Positions 22,246-36,981 of a stretch of 64,000 bases of DNA are shown in pieces. The number at the start of each line of letters is the position of its first letter. Positions within the stretch are counted from its first letter, which is position 1. The stretch lies in the NCBI GenBank assembly GCA_036676395.1, contig JAKFCY010000002.1:448001-512000 (forward strand), given 5' to 3'. The DNA comes from Bdellovibrio sp. GTDB lineage: Bacteria; Bdellovibrionota; Bdellovibrionia; Bdellovibrionales; Bdellovibrionaceae. The notes below the pieces were generated by a model that was given only the letters and a program-made list of their open reading frames with translations, did no database searches and was not told the origin of the DNA. Made by a program: the position numbers and the translations under genes.

Positions 22246-22275
22246 TTGACAAGACTCAACCATAGAACTGATAAT
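22246..22275 (+). promoter_or_regulatory. Putative sigma70 promoter of pilMNOPQ
   Basis: TTGACA-N18-GATAAT upstream of GGGAG RBS and ATG 22297. Confidence 0.5.
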
Positions 22276-22296
22276 TTAGGTTGGGAGTCTGGCAGC

Positions 22297-23346
22297 ATGT
22301 TATTTTCATCAAAAAAAGTGATTGGATTAGATCTAGGATCAAGTTCAATCAAAATGGCCGAATTAAAACTCAACGGTAACTCCGCTGAGCTTGAAAACTT
22401 TGCATCGGTGCAAACACCGCCGCAAGCCATGACCAATGGTGAAATCACAGATTCTTTCTTACTTGGCGAAGCCATTAAATCCTTACATAAAGAACAACGT
22501 TTTACCCGTAATGTAGTCAACGTTGGTATGTGGGGAAACTCAGCGATCGTTAAAAAAATCTCACTTCCAAAGCGCGATCCAAAAGAATTGCGTGAACAGA
22601 TTAAATTCGAAGCGCAGCAGTACCTCCCATTTGATATTTCACAAGTGACGTTAGAGCATCACATTCTGCCATTTTCCACGACTCCGGATATGATGGATGT
22701 ATTAATCATCGCAGCTCAAAATGACTTCATCGGCAAGTACGTTGAGGTAACAACTTTTTCTGGCTTAAAATGTAAAATCATCGATGTCGCAAGTTTAGCG
22801 TTAGCCAATATTTTTGAATTCAACTACGGCAGATTCAATGAGCCTGTGGCGTTATTTAACTTCGGTGCGAACTCGACACAATTTCTGGTGATTCTTCAGG
22901 GCGAAGTTTTGTTCGTGCGTGATATTCCCGTTGGCGGATTTCACTTTACCAATGAGATCAGTAAAAACATGGGTATCACCCTTGAAGAGGCCGAAGTTTT
23001 AAAGCTGACTCAGCAAGATCAAACCGAGCAACCCGAGAACACTAAAACATTCATGAATATCGCGCTTGATTACGTGACTGAAGAAATCCGTAACAGTATT
23101 GATTTCTATTCGGCATCGGGCGGCGATTTGCAAATTACTAAAGCTTACTTTACCGGCGGAGCAAGTTTAACTGAAGGTATGATAGATCATTTGCAAGATG
23201 TTCTAAAAATCCCGTTTGAACAGTTAAACCCACTACTTCGTATTAAGCCCGCGAATAAAAAATTAACTCCAGCTTATCTGAATCAAATCACGCCATTTTT
23301 ATCGACGACGTTAGGTTTAGCGTTACGCCAAGTGGGTGACTCGTGA
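22297..23346 (+). CDS. pilM: Type IV pilus assembly protein PilM
   Basis: Actin-like IGLDLGSSSIK, EAQQYLPF, GGFHFT, TGGAS; first gene of the MNOPQ array. Confidence 0.93.
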   Translation: MLFSSKKVIGLDLGSSSIKMAELKLNGNSAELENFASVQTPPQAMTNGEITDSFLLGEAIKSLHKEQRFTRNVVNVGMWGNSAIVKKISLPKRDPKELREQIKFEAQQYLPFDISQVTLEHHILPFSTTPDMMDVLIIAAQNDFIGKYVEVTTFSGLKCKIIDVASLALANIFEFNYGRFNEPVALFNFGANSTQFLVILQGEVLFVRDIPVGGFHFTNEISKNMGITLEEAEVLKLTQQDQTEQPENTKTFMNIALDYVTEEIRNSIDFYSASGGDLQITKAYFTGGASLTEGMIDHLQDVLKIPFEQLNPLLRIKPANKKLTPAYLNQITPFLSTTLGLALRQVGDS

Positions 23347-23957
23347 TTAAGGTAAATCTCCTTAAGTCATATTCACAGGTAGAGGCTGATTTTTCTACAG
23401 AGTTTGATGACTTTAAACAGGTCAGAATAGACTTTGCAAAAAGAGTTATGATGTTTTTAATCGGGCCTTTAGGTCTTATTGGTTATGAGATGTATAATAT
23501 TCCTGAGCTGGACGGGCAAAAGATGGCCTTAGCTTCGGATCTGGCAACGTTAACTGAGTTTAACCAACGTAAAGAAGCCATTGCTGCCGAGATCTCTAAA
23601 TATGAAGAAGATAAAAAACGTTTAAATCGTCAAACGCAATTCTTAGAACGTATATCACGAGAACGCTTATTCCCTTTAGAATTAGTGAATCGTCTTAAAG
23701 ACGCCATTCCGGCAGGCGTTTGGCTAACGAGTTTAAACACAGTAGGTAATCGTTTAGAGTTTGCGGGCGGCGGAGACACTGAAAAAGCAATTTCTGACTT
23801 TGAAGGCCGGCTAACAAGCACGCAGATTTTAAAAAATGTTAAATTACAAAGTATTGATGTAATGCCAACACCAGAACTTAAATCCAGTGATTTAAGAATT
23901 CGTTCATTCATGATCTCGGCTGAATACGCAACTAACGAAGGAGCCAAAAGTGAATGA
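23343..23957 (+). CDS. pilN: Type IV pilus assembly protein PilN
   Basis: MIKVNLL N-terminus, TM, coiled coil, IPAGVWLTSL. Confidence 0.9.
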   Translation: MIKVNLLKSYSQVEADFSTEFDDFKQVRIDFAKRVMMFLIGPLGLIGYEMYNIPELDGQKMALASDLATLTEFNQRKEAIAAEISKYEEDKKRLNRQTQFLERISRERLFPLELVNRLKDAIPAGVWLTSLNTVGNRLEFAGGGDTEKAISDFEGRLTSTQILKNVKLQSIDVMPTPELKSSDLRIRSFMISAEYATNEGAKSE

Positions 23958-24609
23958 CTTAGTGGCTAAGGTATCAACCCTATCGGTGAATCGTATTGCG
24001 TTTTTTGGATTGTTGTTGACGATGTTTTATTACTTTATGGGTTACAACAATGGTGACGCCATCGTTGCAGAAATTACCAGCTTAAATGCTCAAATTGCAG
24101 AAGAGACGACTAAAAAAGTCGAAACTGAACGTGTTCTTAAAAAAGAAGAAGAAATGCGTGCTGACGTAGCTTCGCTGGCTAAAACTTATGAAGCCGTAAA
24201 ATCAAAAATCCCGATTGATTTTGAAACTTCAGAATTGCGCATTATTGTAGAACAAATTAGTGCGGCTACAGATTTAAAAATCGCTAAACTAAGTAACTCC
24301 GACATGCAGCAAGTGAATAGCCCAGAGGCTACTGAAAATGCTGAAGAAGCCAATCTTGTGCAAAAGGTCGCGATTAACTATGTTTTTCAGGGCAATTTTG
24401 CGCAGATTCAAACTTTTATGACTCAGATCGCAGCCGTTGAAAAAGTTATTAAAGTCTCTGAGTTAAAAATCAAAACAGAAGATTCACAAAATCCTGGGCC
24501 AAGTAAATATTTAACAGTCGAAGCCGTGTTAGTTGGGTATCGTCAGGCGGCAGTTGCCGCAGCGAAAACTCCAGCTATTCCGATAGCCCCAAAAGAGGAA
24601 GTGCAATAA
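23950..24609 (+). CDS. pilO: Type IV pilus assembly protein PilO
   Basis: TM plus coiled coil; GNFAQIQTF pattern; position in operon. Confidence 0.87.
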   Translation: MNDLVAKVSTLSVNRIAFFGLLLTMFYYFMGYNNGDAIVAEITSLNAQIAEETTKKVETERVLKKEEEMRADVASLAKTYEAVKSKIPIDFETSELRIIVEQISAATDLKIAKLSNSDMQQVNSPEATENAEEANLVQKVAINYVFQGNFAQIQTFMTQIAAVEKVIKVSELKIKTEDSQNPGPSKYLTVEAVLVGYRQAAVAAAKTPAIPIAPKEEVQ

Positions 24610-25307
24610 TGAAAAACATTATCTCACTTATCAAAAACTCTTCATTATACTTGGTGGCGATGGTGACGGCATTGGCTGCAACTTATTATTTAGGTTTAGC
24701 TCCACTATTGCATGCTCAAGCTGATTTTCCTGATATGCCCGCATTTCCTGAAGTGAAACCAACTGCACCACCAGCCAACGTAAACACGCCTCCGCCTGCA
24801 GAAAAACCTGCAGATGTTCCTGAGTTACCGGCGCAGAGTGATATGCCGCCGACACCTCCACCAGCAAAAGCGCCGGCACCACCAGTCAGTCGTCCAAGTA
24901 TTTCTCCGGCATCTGGAATTTTATTTAAACACACTAAATCTTATGTCGGCGAATTAAGTAACCCGGATCGCGATCCATTTCGTAAGCCTTTGTATATTTT
25001 AGAATTAGAAGAAAAAAGTTTAAAACCACAAAAAACTGAAGAAATTCGTATTGATGATAAAATCGAAGCGATCCGCCGCTGGCCACTGCGTGATTACCGC
25101 CTAGTAGGTGTTATTTGGGATGTTCGTAATCCTAAGGCGATGATCGTAGACCCTTCAAACACAATGCATTTATTAAAAAGAAATTATCGAATCGGTGATA
25201 AAGATGGAATTATATCAGCGATTTCAGAGGGAACAATCACTGTCATCCAAGACAACATTCCGGTGGTGATTGATATCTCAGGTAGTAGTAGCAATAGTAA
25301 TAATTAG
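24609..25307 (+). CDS. pilP: Type IV pilus assembly protein PilP
   Basis: Pro-rich linker, RDPF motif, LVGVIWD...KAMI. Confidence 0.87.
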   Translation: MKNIISLIKNSSLYLVAMVTALAATYYLGLAPLLHAQADFPDMPAFPEVKPTAPPANVNTPPPAEKPADVPELPAQSDMPPTPPPAKAPAPPVSRPSISPASGILFKHTKSYVGELSNPDRDPFRKPLYILELEEKSLKPQKTEEIRIDDKIEAIRRWPLRDYRLVGVIWDVRNPKAMIVDPSNTMHLLKRNYRIGDKDGIISAISEGTITVIQDNIPVVIDISGSSSNSNN

Positions 25308-25325
25308 TTCGATTAGGAGGATTGA

Positions 25326-27398
25326 ATGATTAAAAAACGACTGACCTCAATGGTGTTAGTTTTGAGTCTTATATCGTTTTCTTGTTCAACAAAGAAAAAA
25401 GTCGTAGATGATGATTTCGGTGTCGAAGATGAAACTGGCACAGAGCTATCGCTAGATGATACAGCTGAAAGCGCAAGCGATCCTAATGCTAAAGATGAAT
25501 TTGCTGAATTTGATAAACCAGTTCAGGACGAAGCACCTCCAGAACAAGTGGCTGAAGCAACTCCTCCGCCGGAAGAAACTATCGAAGTTCCTCCGCAACC
25601 CCAAGAGGTCGCGGCAGAGCCTCCTCCAATTGATCAGCCAACAGCAAAAATCAGTGATGTTAAATTTTTGGGTAATAGCAATGGCGGCACTTTAGTTATT
25701 AATGCGGATTATCCTCTGCAGTACAAAACACGCATGAATTCAAACACCAATCAATTAGTGGTTGAAGTTCAAAATGCTATCGTACCGGATCGTTTAAAAA
25801 GAGCCTTAAACACTAAAGATATGACTTCTAATATCGGTAGCATTGATATTTACCAAAACGCGAATTCAAACGTAGCTCGTTTTGTTGTGCAATTACGTTC
25901 TGGGGCGCAAGAGCCTCTAGTGCAACCTGAAGGTAACACTTTATTGATTGTTGGCAGCCCAAGCGGAATTACCGATAAAACTCCAGAGGCTATGGCCGCA
26001 GCAGAAGGCGGCGAATCAGACGATGCTGCAAGTCTTGGTATTATGAACTCTGAAAGTATTGAAGAATTCTTAGCGAATAATAATAAGTTTTATGGCCGTA
26101 AGATCTCAATTGAAACTACGGATATGGATGTTCGCGATGTTTTAAAATTTATCTCTGAAGAGTCAGGGATAAATATGATTTTCGACGATAATATTGCAGG
26201 TCGCGTAAGTTTAAAACTTCGCAAAGTCCCTTGGGATCAGGCTTTAGTTACGATTTTAAAGTCAAAAAAGTTAGCTTACCGTCGCCAAGGCCAAGTTTTA
26301 CGTATCGGTCCTGTCGAAGCATTGGCTAAAGAAGAAGAAGACGCGATCCGTCTGAAAGAGGCTAAACTTAAGACTGAATCTTTAGTCGTAAGAAATTTCT
26401 CAATTAACTATGCCGACGTGGCAGCTCTTGAAGCCAAGATTAAAGACTTTATCGCTGACGGAGCAGGGGCGGCAGCAACAACGCGCGGAAAAGTAACAGT
26501 TGATACAAGAACAAATTCACTGATTGTAACTGAGACAAATACAAAGCTGGCTCAAGTTGAAAAACTAATCTTGCTTCTGGACTCTCAGCCACAACAGGTT
26601 CTTATCGAAGGCCGCGTGGTTGAAGCCTCTGAAACTTACGCTCGTACAATTGGTGTAAACTTTGGTTTTAATTTACCGCAAACAGGGGATGCGAACTTAG
26701 TGATCCCAGGTCGTGACCGTGTTTCTACGGGTAGTTTAAGTCGGTTTTACAGTCCATCAGCAACATTTAATCCCGCAGCAACAGGTTCATTCACCGGCTC
26801 ATTGTGGGTAGGCCAATTCGGCGCTTTCGGGGATTTGTCAACTCGCTTAGCTCTGGATGAAGTCGAGGAAAAAGTTAAGATCTTATCTTCGCCTCGCATC
26901 GCGGTTTTACATAATAGCCAAGCTACTATTAAGCAGGGTTCAATCATCCAGGTTCCATCTACAGAGACTCAAACGGCCGGAACCACGACGGTTACGCAAA
27001 CGTTTAAAGAAGTTGAAGTGGGCGTGAATTTAGACGTGAAACCCCTAATTTCAAGCATTGGGACTGTAAATTTAGATCTAAAAATCGAGCGTTCAGCAAC
27101 AACAGCTACTGGCGGAAGAACTCAGCGTGAAATCAAAACCAATATCATCGTAAAAAGCGGTGAAACAGCGGTTATCGGCGGGGTATTTACTTCAGATGTG
27201 ACAAATCGTCGTACGGGAATCCCAGGATTAAAAGATATTCCTATCTTAGGAACATTATTTAGAACTGATTCTAATTCGAGCCAAAAAACAGAGTTAATGT
27301 TTTTTATCTCTCCAAGAATTCTTAAGACGCTACAAGCTCCTACATTCAAGGCGGATAGCCAAGATTTAGAAGCAGGTGGCAGCACGAGTGAGCAATAG
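25326..27398 (+). CDS. pilQ: Type IV pilus secretin PilQ (lipoprotein signal, AMIN domain)
   Basis: Lipobox SFSC; VPWDQAL; secretin C-domain IPGLKDIPILGTLF, ELMFFISPRI. Confidence 0.95.
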   Translation: MIKKRLTSMVLVLSLISFSCSTKKKVVDDDFGVEDETGTELSLDDTAESASDPNAKDEFAEFDKPVQDEAPPEQVAEATPPPEETIEVPPQPQEVAAEPPPIDQPTAKISDVKFLGNSNGGTLVINADYPLQYKTRMNSNTNQLVVEVQNAIVPDRLKRALNTKDMTSNIGSIDIYQNANSNVARFVVQLRSGAQEPLVQPEGNTLLIVGSPSGITDKTPEAMAAAEGGESDDAASLGIMNSESIEEFLANNNKFYGRKISIETTDMDVRDVLKFISEESGINMIFDDNIAGRVSLKLRKVPWDQALVTILKSKKLAYRRQGQVLRIGPVEALAKEEEDAIRLKEAKLKTESLVVRNFSINYADVAALEAKIKDFIADGAGAAATTRGKVTVDTRTNSLIVTETNTKLAQVEKLILLLDSQPQQVLIEGRVVEASETYARTIGVNFGFNLPQTGDANLVIPGRDRVSTGSLSRFYSPSATFNPAATGSFTGSLWVGQFGAFGDLSTRLALDEVEEKVKILSSPRIAVLHNSQATIKQGSIIQVPSTETQTAGTTTVTQTFKEVEVGVNLDVKPLISSIGTVNLDLKIERSATTATGGRTQREIKTNIIVKSGETAVIGGVFTSDVTNRRTGIPGLKDIPILGTLFRTDSNSSQKTELMFFISPRILKTLQAPTFKADSQDLEAGGSTSEQ

Positions 27399-27533
27399 CC
27401 CGAACAGTAACTCTGAGAAGTAGAACTCTCAGAGTGGATGATCCAAAAAAACCAGAATTTAATTATAATAGAACAGAGAAATAAAAAAGGGGCAGAAAAG
27501 CCGCCGAGAGTTGAAGGGGGCTGAAAAGCCCCT

Positions 27534-27836
27534 TTAGATTTTTTGCGCTGAGAACATCGTGCTGTCCTCGTTTTTAATGTTACTAAATGAGTAGGCCGTA
27601 TTCGCCGGCATTTCTAATTTATCGCCGGCACGCAATACAAATTGAGTACCTGATAGGTTAAAAATAAGTTCACCTTCAGCGATTTGAATAATTTCATTTA
27701 AATGAGTTCTCTGGTTCGCTAAGCGCGAGCCAGACTTGATTTGAAAAGGTCTTGGTTCAAGTCCTTCAGCTTCAAAAAGCTTAATAATGATGTCTTTGTT
27801 TACTGGAATTTCTGCAGTCCAACGAGTAATTTTCAT
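27534..27836 (-). CDS. Cupin-domain protein
   Basis: Cupin-like E..QIAEGEL...LRAGDKLEMPAN; metal-binding His residues largely absent. Confidence 0.65.
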   Translation of the reverse strand: MKITRWTAEIPVNKDIIIKLFEAEGLEPRPFQIKSGSRLANQRTHLNEIIQIAEGELIFNLSGTQFVLRAGDKLEMPANTAYSFSNIKNEDSTMFSAQKI

Positions 27837-27885
27837 AATAAACCTAATATTTCACACAGATTCTTAATTTGATACAAAAATATTT

Positions 27886-27913
27886 TAAAGACTCACTCTC
27901 ATTAGGACGATAA
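27886..27913 (+). promoter_or_regulatory. Putative sigma28-type promoter
   Basis: TAAA-N16-GACGATAA upstream of the 27954 ORF. Confidence 0.45.
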
Positions 27914-27953
27914 AAAAAATGATATAGAGCGCTAGATAAGTACCGGCAATATT

Positions 27954-28487
27954 GTGGAGGCCACCTTGAAGAAGCCAAATGAGAGTGTAAGTTCTAACAA
28001 CAACATGAATGAGATTATTAATTTTTTAGAAAACACTCGCTATGTGAAATTTGAATTCGATCAAACTTCACTGCGCGTAACACAGAATGAAGATCAAAAA
28101 GCTATTAGCTTTAGATTTGCTGACGTTGAAAAAGTATTAGCTCGCACAGACTTCGATGGTTCACAATTCATTCAGATTAATTTTCATAATAAGACTAAGA
28201 TTTTAATTACAAAAAACTTAATCGGCTTCAAACCACTTGAATTAGTGGGCTTTGATGCTGGCAAAATTCCAAAAGTAGTGACGACAGTAGATCTAAATAG
28301 CGTTTTCAAGGCGATTGAAGATCTTACAGATGGTGAAGACACGTACCAAACAGCCACGGAATTGGAAGTTTTGAAAAAAGTATATCAAAGTATTATGATG
28401 GGAGCCGAGCAAGTCGGCTTTGAGATGAAGGCCGAGAAACTATGGTTTTCAGCATTTCTGCTGAATCCACTCGCAGCGACTGCTTAA
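27954..28487 (+). CDS. Hypothetical protein
   Basis: 177-aa ORF; start uncertain (GTG 27954 or ATG 28005). Confidence 0.7.
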   Translation: MEATLKKPNESVSSNNNMNEIINFLENTRYVKFEFDQTSLRVTQNEDQKAISFRFADVEKVLARTDFDGSQFIQINFHNKTKILITKNLIGFKPLELVGFDAGKIPKVVTTVDLNSVFKAIEDLTDGEDTYQTATELEVLKKVYQSIMMGAEQVGFEMKAEKLWFSAFLLNPLAATA

Positions 28488-28614
28488 ACACTTTGCTGTC
28501 ACGCCTAAAAAAATAACAACTAGTTTGAAAAAACCAGCTTTTTAACTTTTTTTTAAAAAAAGTATTGCAAACCCGTTTGGTATAAGCGACAAACGTCGAA
28601 CAGCAAAAGACGTC

Positions 28615-28690
<76 letters not shown>

Positions 28691-28736
28691 AATCAAGACT
28701 TTAGATATTTTATTTAAAAATAAAATAAAAAAAGTA

Positions 28737-28766
28737 TTGACGAGGGTAACTCAACTGAATTACAAC
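28737..28766 (+). promoter_or_regulatory. Putative rRNA operon promoter with A-rich UP element
   Basis: TTGACG-N18-TACAAC preceded by A tracts; boxB-like hairpin and boxA-like TTCTTTGAAAA downstream (~28789-28835). Confidence 0.55.
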
Positions 28767-29047
28767 TGACGTCCTTGTAGAAATGAAAACGCTTAGCGAA
28801 AGCGAAGCAAATGTTAATGATCGGTTCTTTGAAAACTGAATAGCTAAAAGATTTTGGAACTAATAGAACAGCTACTTTAATGTAGCATCTAACGTAACCT
28901 TGGTTGCTTAGAGTAATATTATTAATTTCTAGGTTTCTTTATATATAAATGAAATCATTTAAAAACTAACGTTTTTATCTCAATGATTGTCATCTTCGGA
29001 TGGCAATACAAAAATGAACAGATTTTTAAACTTTTTTAGTTTTTTTT

Positions 29048-30558
<1,511 letters not shown>

Positions 30559-30662
30559 TTCGTGATCAGCACTTTGAATTTATTCAAAGAAAGCAATCAC
30601 TTCTCTTAGGTCAAACCAAAATCTTTTAATAGCTATTCAGTTTTGATGGAACTACTGGTCAT

Positions 30663-30739
<77 letters not shown>

Positions 30740-30988
30740 ACTAAGAAATTTTTCGTTCTTTGACAATTGAATATGTAAACTAAGAAGTTTCGAACAAATA
30801 TTTTCGGGAATTAAACCTAAAATATCGAAATGAAGTATAGAGTTTTTATTTGTATTAATTTTTTACTAAAAATGATCGCAAGATATTTTTGAGTAAAACA
30901 ATTATTTAATTTACGAATAGTTCATTGAACTAATTCAGTAGATTGTATTAATTGATTTTTAGCGAGGTTAGATTCATATATAATATAA

Positions 30989-33918
<2,930 letters not shown>

Positions 33919-33985
33919 AATAATTCTCGGTCGCAAGACCAAATTTCGAATCTAACGTAATCGCTAAAAATCAATTAATACAATT

Positions 33986-34103
33986 TGCTGGTGTCTATAG
34001 CAGAGAGGTCACACCTGATCCCATTCCGAACTCAGAAGTTAAGCTCTCTTGCGGCGATGGTATTGCACGGGTAACTGTGTGAGAGAGTAGCACGATGCCA
34101 GCT
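33986..34103 (+). rRNA. rrf: 5S rRNA
   Basis: CACCTGATCCCATTCCGAACTCAGAAGTTAAG core; GCTGG...CCAGC terminal stem. Confidence 0.97.
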
Positions 34104-34113
34104 CTATTTTAGT

Positions 34114-34149
34114 AAACCCCGAGTACGCAAGTATTCGGGGTTTTTTTTT
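34114..34149 (+). terminator. rRNA operon terminator
   Basis: CCCCGAGTAC-GCAA-GTATTCGGGG followed by T9. Confidence 0.9.
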
Positions 34150-34302
34150 GCCCAAAATCAATTGGGTTTCGTTTCTTTTCCTGCGCATTTTGAGCCTATG
34201 TCAATTCGTTAGACAGCTCGAATTAAGCTAACCCATTTATATTTCATTTTAGTAAATTTTTGACGGGCACTTTTATTGTAACAAGTCAGGTAGAGGTGTT
34301 CT

Positions 34303-35490
34303 ATGAAACTGAAACAACTTTACTATGCTCACGTCTTTTTGCTTTCCGCATTGGGCTCAGTCATAGCTTGTTCGCCAACTAAGTTTACTCCGGCAGTTGC
34401 TGTAAATGCAGACTGTACTACTGGGTGCGTGGTTAATCCTGATGGAACTAAAAAATGGGATGAAACACACAAAGTTGGAACGGGTAAGGTTGATATCTTA
34501 TTTGTTAATGATAATTCGGCTTCAATGTCAGTGGTTCAACATCGTTTAGCTCAAGCTTTTGGTGGATTTATCGAAAGACTTGATTCTCGCGAAATCGATT
34601 ATAAAATTGCAATGACAACAACTGATGCAACTAAGCTTTCTTCGACTCCATTATTATCTTTTGGCAATGGAACTACATTTTTAACCAAAGCTGATTCTAA
34701 TCGTGTTGCTCTTTTTAATGGTTCAATCGTTAGAACTGAAACTACAAATTGCGAAAATGTGATTAAATCTTTCTATAATACATATGGTCCTAGTTTTCAA
34801 ACTCGCAATGACTATGTTGCTGCTTACAATAATGCTTGTGCTTCAGGCGATGAACGTGGAATTTTAGCAGCTAACCATATTTTGAAAAATAATTCTGGTA
34901 GTTTTGTACGTGCAGATGCTCATTTAAATATTATTGTGATTTCAAATGAAGATGTTCGCAGTGGAAATACTGGATCTTTTACAACGGAAGATCGCGCGTC
35001 AAATTTAACTGCTACTGTTAACTCTGCTTTTGCGAGCAAATACTGGGAATTTAATTCAATTATTACTAAAGATGCGGTTTGTGCTCAGACGCAAAAATCA
35101 CAATTTAGAACTGCATCTGGCCAAGAAATCAAAGATCAGAACGGTAACTATGTAATTGGTGCTAACCCAGGTATAGAATACGCAGCTTTATCTGCATCTG
35201 CATCACAAGATATTGATGGTAATGCACAACCTCGCGGTCAAATTATTGATATTTGCCAAACGAACTACTCAGCTCACTTTAACAATATGGCAACCAAGGT
35301 TGCGGACTCTGCTCGTATGTTCAATTTAAAATGTAATCCTGCAGTAGCGCCAATAGTTGAAATCGTTGGTAACCCAGCGGCGACAGTTCCGCACACTTGG
35401 AATGGAAATCACATCGTGTTCAACCGTGGCTCTGAAGGTATTAATGTTCGCGTAAAATACAACTGTCCACAAACAGGTGGAGTTCAGTAA
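34303..35490 (+). CDS. Lipoprotein with vWA-like (MIDAS) domain
   Basis: Lipobox VIAC; DILFVNDNSASM (DxSxS); IAMTTTD; IIVISNED; several Cys. Confidence 0.7.
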   Translation: MKLKQLYYAHVFLLSALGSVIACSPTKFTPAVAVNADCTTGCVVNPDGTKKWDETHKVGTGKVDILFVNDNSASMSVVQHRLAQAFGGFIERLDSREIDYKIAMTTTDATKLSSTPLLSFGNGTTFLTKADSNRVALFNGSIVRTETTNCENVIKSFYNTYGPSFQTRNDYVAAYNNACASGDERGILAANHILKNNSGSFVRADAHLNIIVISNEDVRSGNTGSFTTEDRASNLTATVNSAFASKYWEFNSIITKDAVCAQTQKSQFRTASGQEIKDQNGNYVIGANPGIEYAALSASASQDIDGNAQPRGQIIDICQTNYSAHFNNMATKVADSARMFNLKCNPAVAPIVEIVGNPAATVPHTWNGNHIVFNRGSEGINVRVKYNCPQTGGVQ

Positions 35491-35551
35491 GAAACAGCAT
35501 AATGGATAAAGTTATCCATTGAGTCATCGCAAAATTATTCTAAGTTCGATC

Positions 35552-35582
35552 AAAGAGCGTCTTAAGTTGAGACGCTCTTTTT
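35552..35582 (+). terminator. Intrinsic terminator
   Basis: AAAGAGCGTC...GACGCTCTTTTT. Confidence 0.75.
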
Positions 35583-35619
35583 ATTTTTGCTAATTACTCT
35601 CGTAAAATTCATAAAAAAT

Positions 35620-35647
35620 TCAATTTTACGAATTCAACAACCGATCA
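35620..35647 (+). promoter_or_regulatory. Putative sigma28-type promoter, probably leaderless transcript
   Basis: TCAA-N16-ACCGATCA ending 8 nt before ATG 35656. Confidence 0.45.
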
Positions 35648-35655
35648 TTTGTCAT

Positions 35656-36345
35656 ATGGCAATGGTAGACAGATACAAAAAATCAGGTGGCTTCATTCAA
35701 CTATTACAAGTTATTGAAACTTGTGGTCCTAAAAAGCGTGAGCAATTTATGAAAATCATAAATGAGGAAACTCCAAGATGGGGAGAAGCGATCGTAGCTA
35801 AAATGCTAAGCTTTGAAAAAATTCTTTCGTGGAAGCCAGAAGCCATCATGGAAATTACAGCACAAATGAATCCATTAGCTTTTGGTACAGCTTTAAAATC
35901 GTTACCTCAAGAGAAGTTCGATGAGTTTGCGGCGAAGCTTGGTCCTCAAGAGCGTCGTAAGTTCGAACAACTTTATAAAGAAGGTACTCCTGCGCCGAAT
36001 GAAATTTCTGCGTGCTTAGTGAAAGTGATTAATGAAACTCGTTTGTTATTCGCAGCAGGTACATTAAAATTTGATAAGATTGATCCTGATCTAACTATTC
36101 CTGACGAAATCGAAAGTAAATTAGAAAAAGGCAGCTTAGGAAGCGGTCCATCTTCTGGTGGTAATCGTACGGCTGAAGATGTAGTTAAAGAAGCTTCCGC
36201 TTCTTCAGGTATCCAATTAGGTAACCCGAATGAGGTCGATTCTTTACGTCGGAAAATTGTTGAGCTCAATAACGTGGTGATGGCTCTTAAAAAAGACAAC
36301 ACCTCGATGAAAGATAAGCTCGATAAAATCAAAAAGATCGCTTAA
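35656..36345 (+). CDS. FliG C-terminal-domain-like protein with C-terminal coiled coil
   Basis: Helical pattern MLSFEKI...IMEI...ALKSL resembling the FliG C-domain; terminal heptad repeat; start inferred at MAMVDRY. Confidence 0.5.
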   Translation: MAMVDRYKKSGGFIQLLQVIETCGPKKREQFMKIINEETPRWGEAIVAKMLSFEKILSWKPEAIMEITAQMNPLAFGTALKSLPQEKFDEFAAKLGPQERRKFEQLYKEGTPAPNEISACLVKVINETRLLFAAGTLKFDKIDPDLTIPDEIESKLEKGSLGSGPSSGGNRTAEDVVKEASASSGIQLGNPNEVDSLRRKIVELNNVVMALKKDNTSMKDKLDKIKKIA

Positions 36346-36369
36346 ATAGCTTTATTTTGTAGCAACGTT

Positions 36370-36395
36370 AAAGAGAGGCGCCTAGCCTCTCTTTT
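36370..36395 (+). terminator. Intrinsic terminator
   Basis: AAAGAGAGGC-GCCTA-GCCTCTCTTTT. Confidence 0.8.
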
Positions 36396-36567
36396 GCTTT
36401 TTGAGGGCTTGAAGAGCCATTTATGGAGCTTCTAGAGGCTAAAAGCTTGGCAAATCAGCTAACCCGACGAATTCAAACTTAAAATTGGGTGGAATTTTAG
36501 CTTTTGCTGCGAATTATTTGACAACACAAGCCTGTCAGGATTAATTTGTTTCTTCTTACGAAGTCGT

Positions 36568-36644
<77 letters not shown>

Positions 36645-36689
36645 ATTATTAAAAATCCCAAAAAAATCAATAGCTTAAAAATCCCAGAT

Positions 36690-36960
36690 CCATTTACCCT
36701 GCTTTACCCCTGCCGCTTTTTATTTTTCCCTAAAGATTTAACAACATTATCAAATGTAGATCGATCTCGTTGAGCATTTACCATTTTTGTTTTCACACTT
36801 GAGTTACAAGATGTTGCTGTGAAATAGTTAAGTCGCCAGTCATATTTAAAATCTCTTTAGTGCCTCCGTGACGTAAGATATGCGTGCCGGTGTAGTCGAA
36901 GCCAGCTTTCTTATATGCAGTCGTGTAGATGTTGTAGGCCACTTTGTATTTCAAAGTGTT
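36690..36960 (-). pseudogene. Tyrosine recombinase/integrase C-terminal remnant
   Basis: Minus-strand translation AYKKAGFDYTGTHILRHGGTKEILNMTGDLTISQQHL, then after a 1-nt frameshift NSSVKTKMVNAQRD; HxLRH motif at 36868-36882; Asn at the expected catalytic Tyr position. Confidence 0.8.
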
Positions 36961-36981
36961 TCTTATGTGATGACCTAAGAA

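Noticed and set aside
27409..27534. Hairpin-rich gap after pilQ as a possible ncRNA
   Set aside because: Adequately explained as terminators of the convergent pilQ and cupin genes; no RNA family features recognised.
35501..35520. Palindrome AATGGATAA-AG-TTATCCATT resembling DnaA boxes
   Set aside because: Two mismatches to TTATCCACA, no box cluster or oriC context; probably a 3' UTR hairpin.
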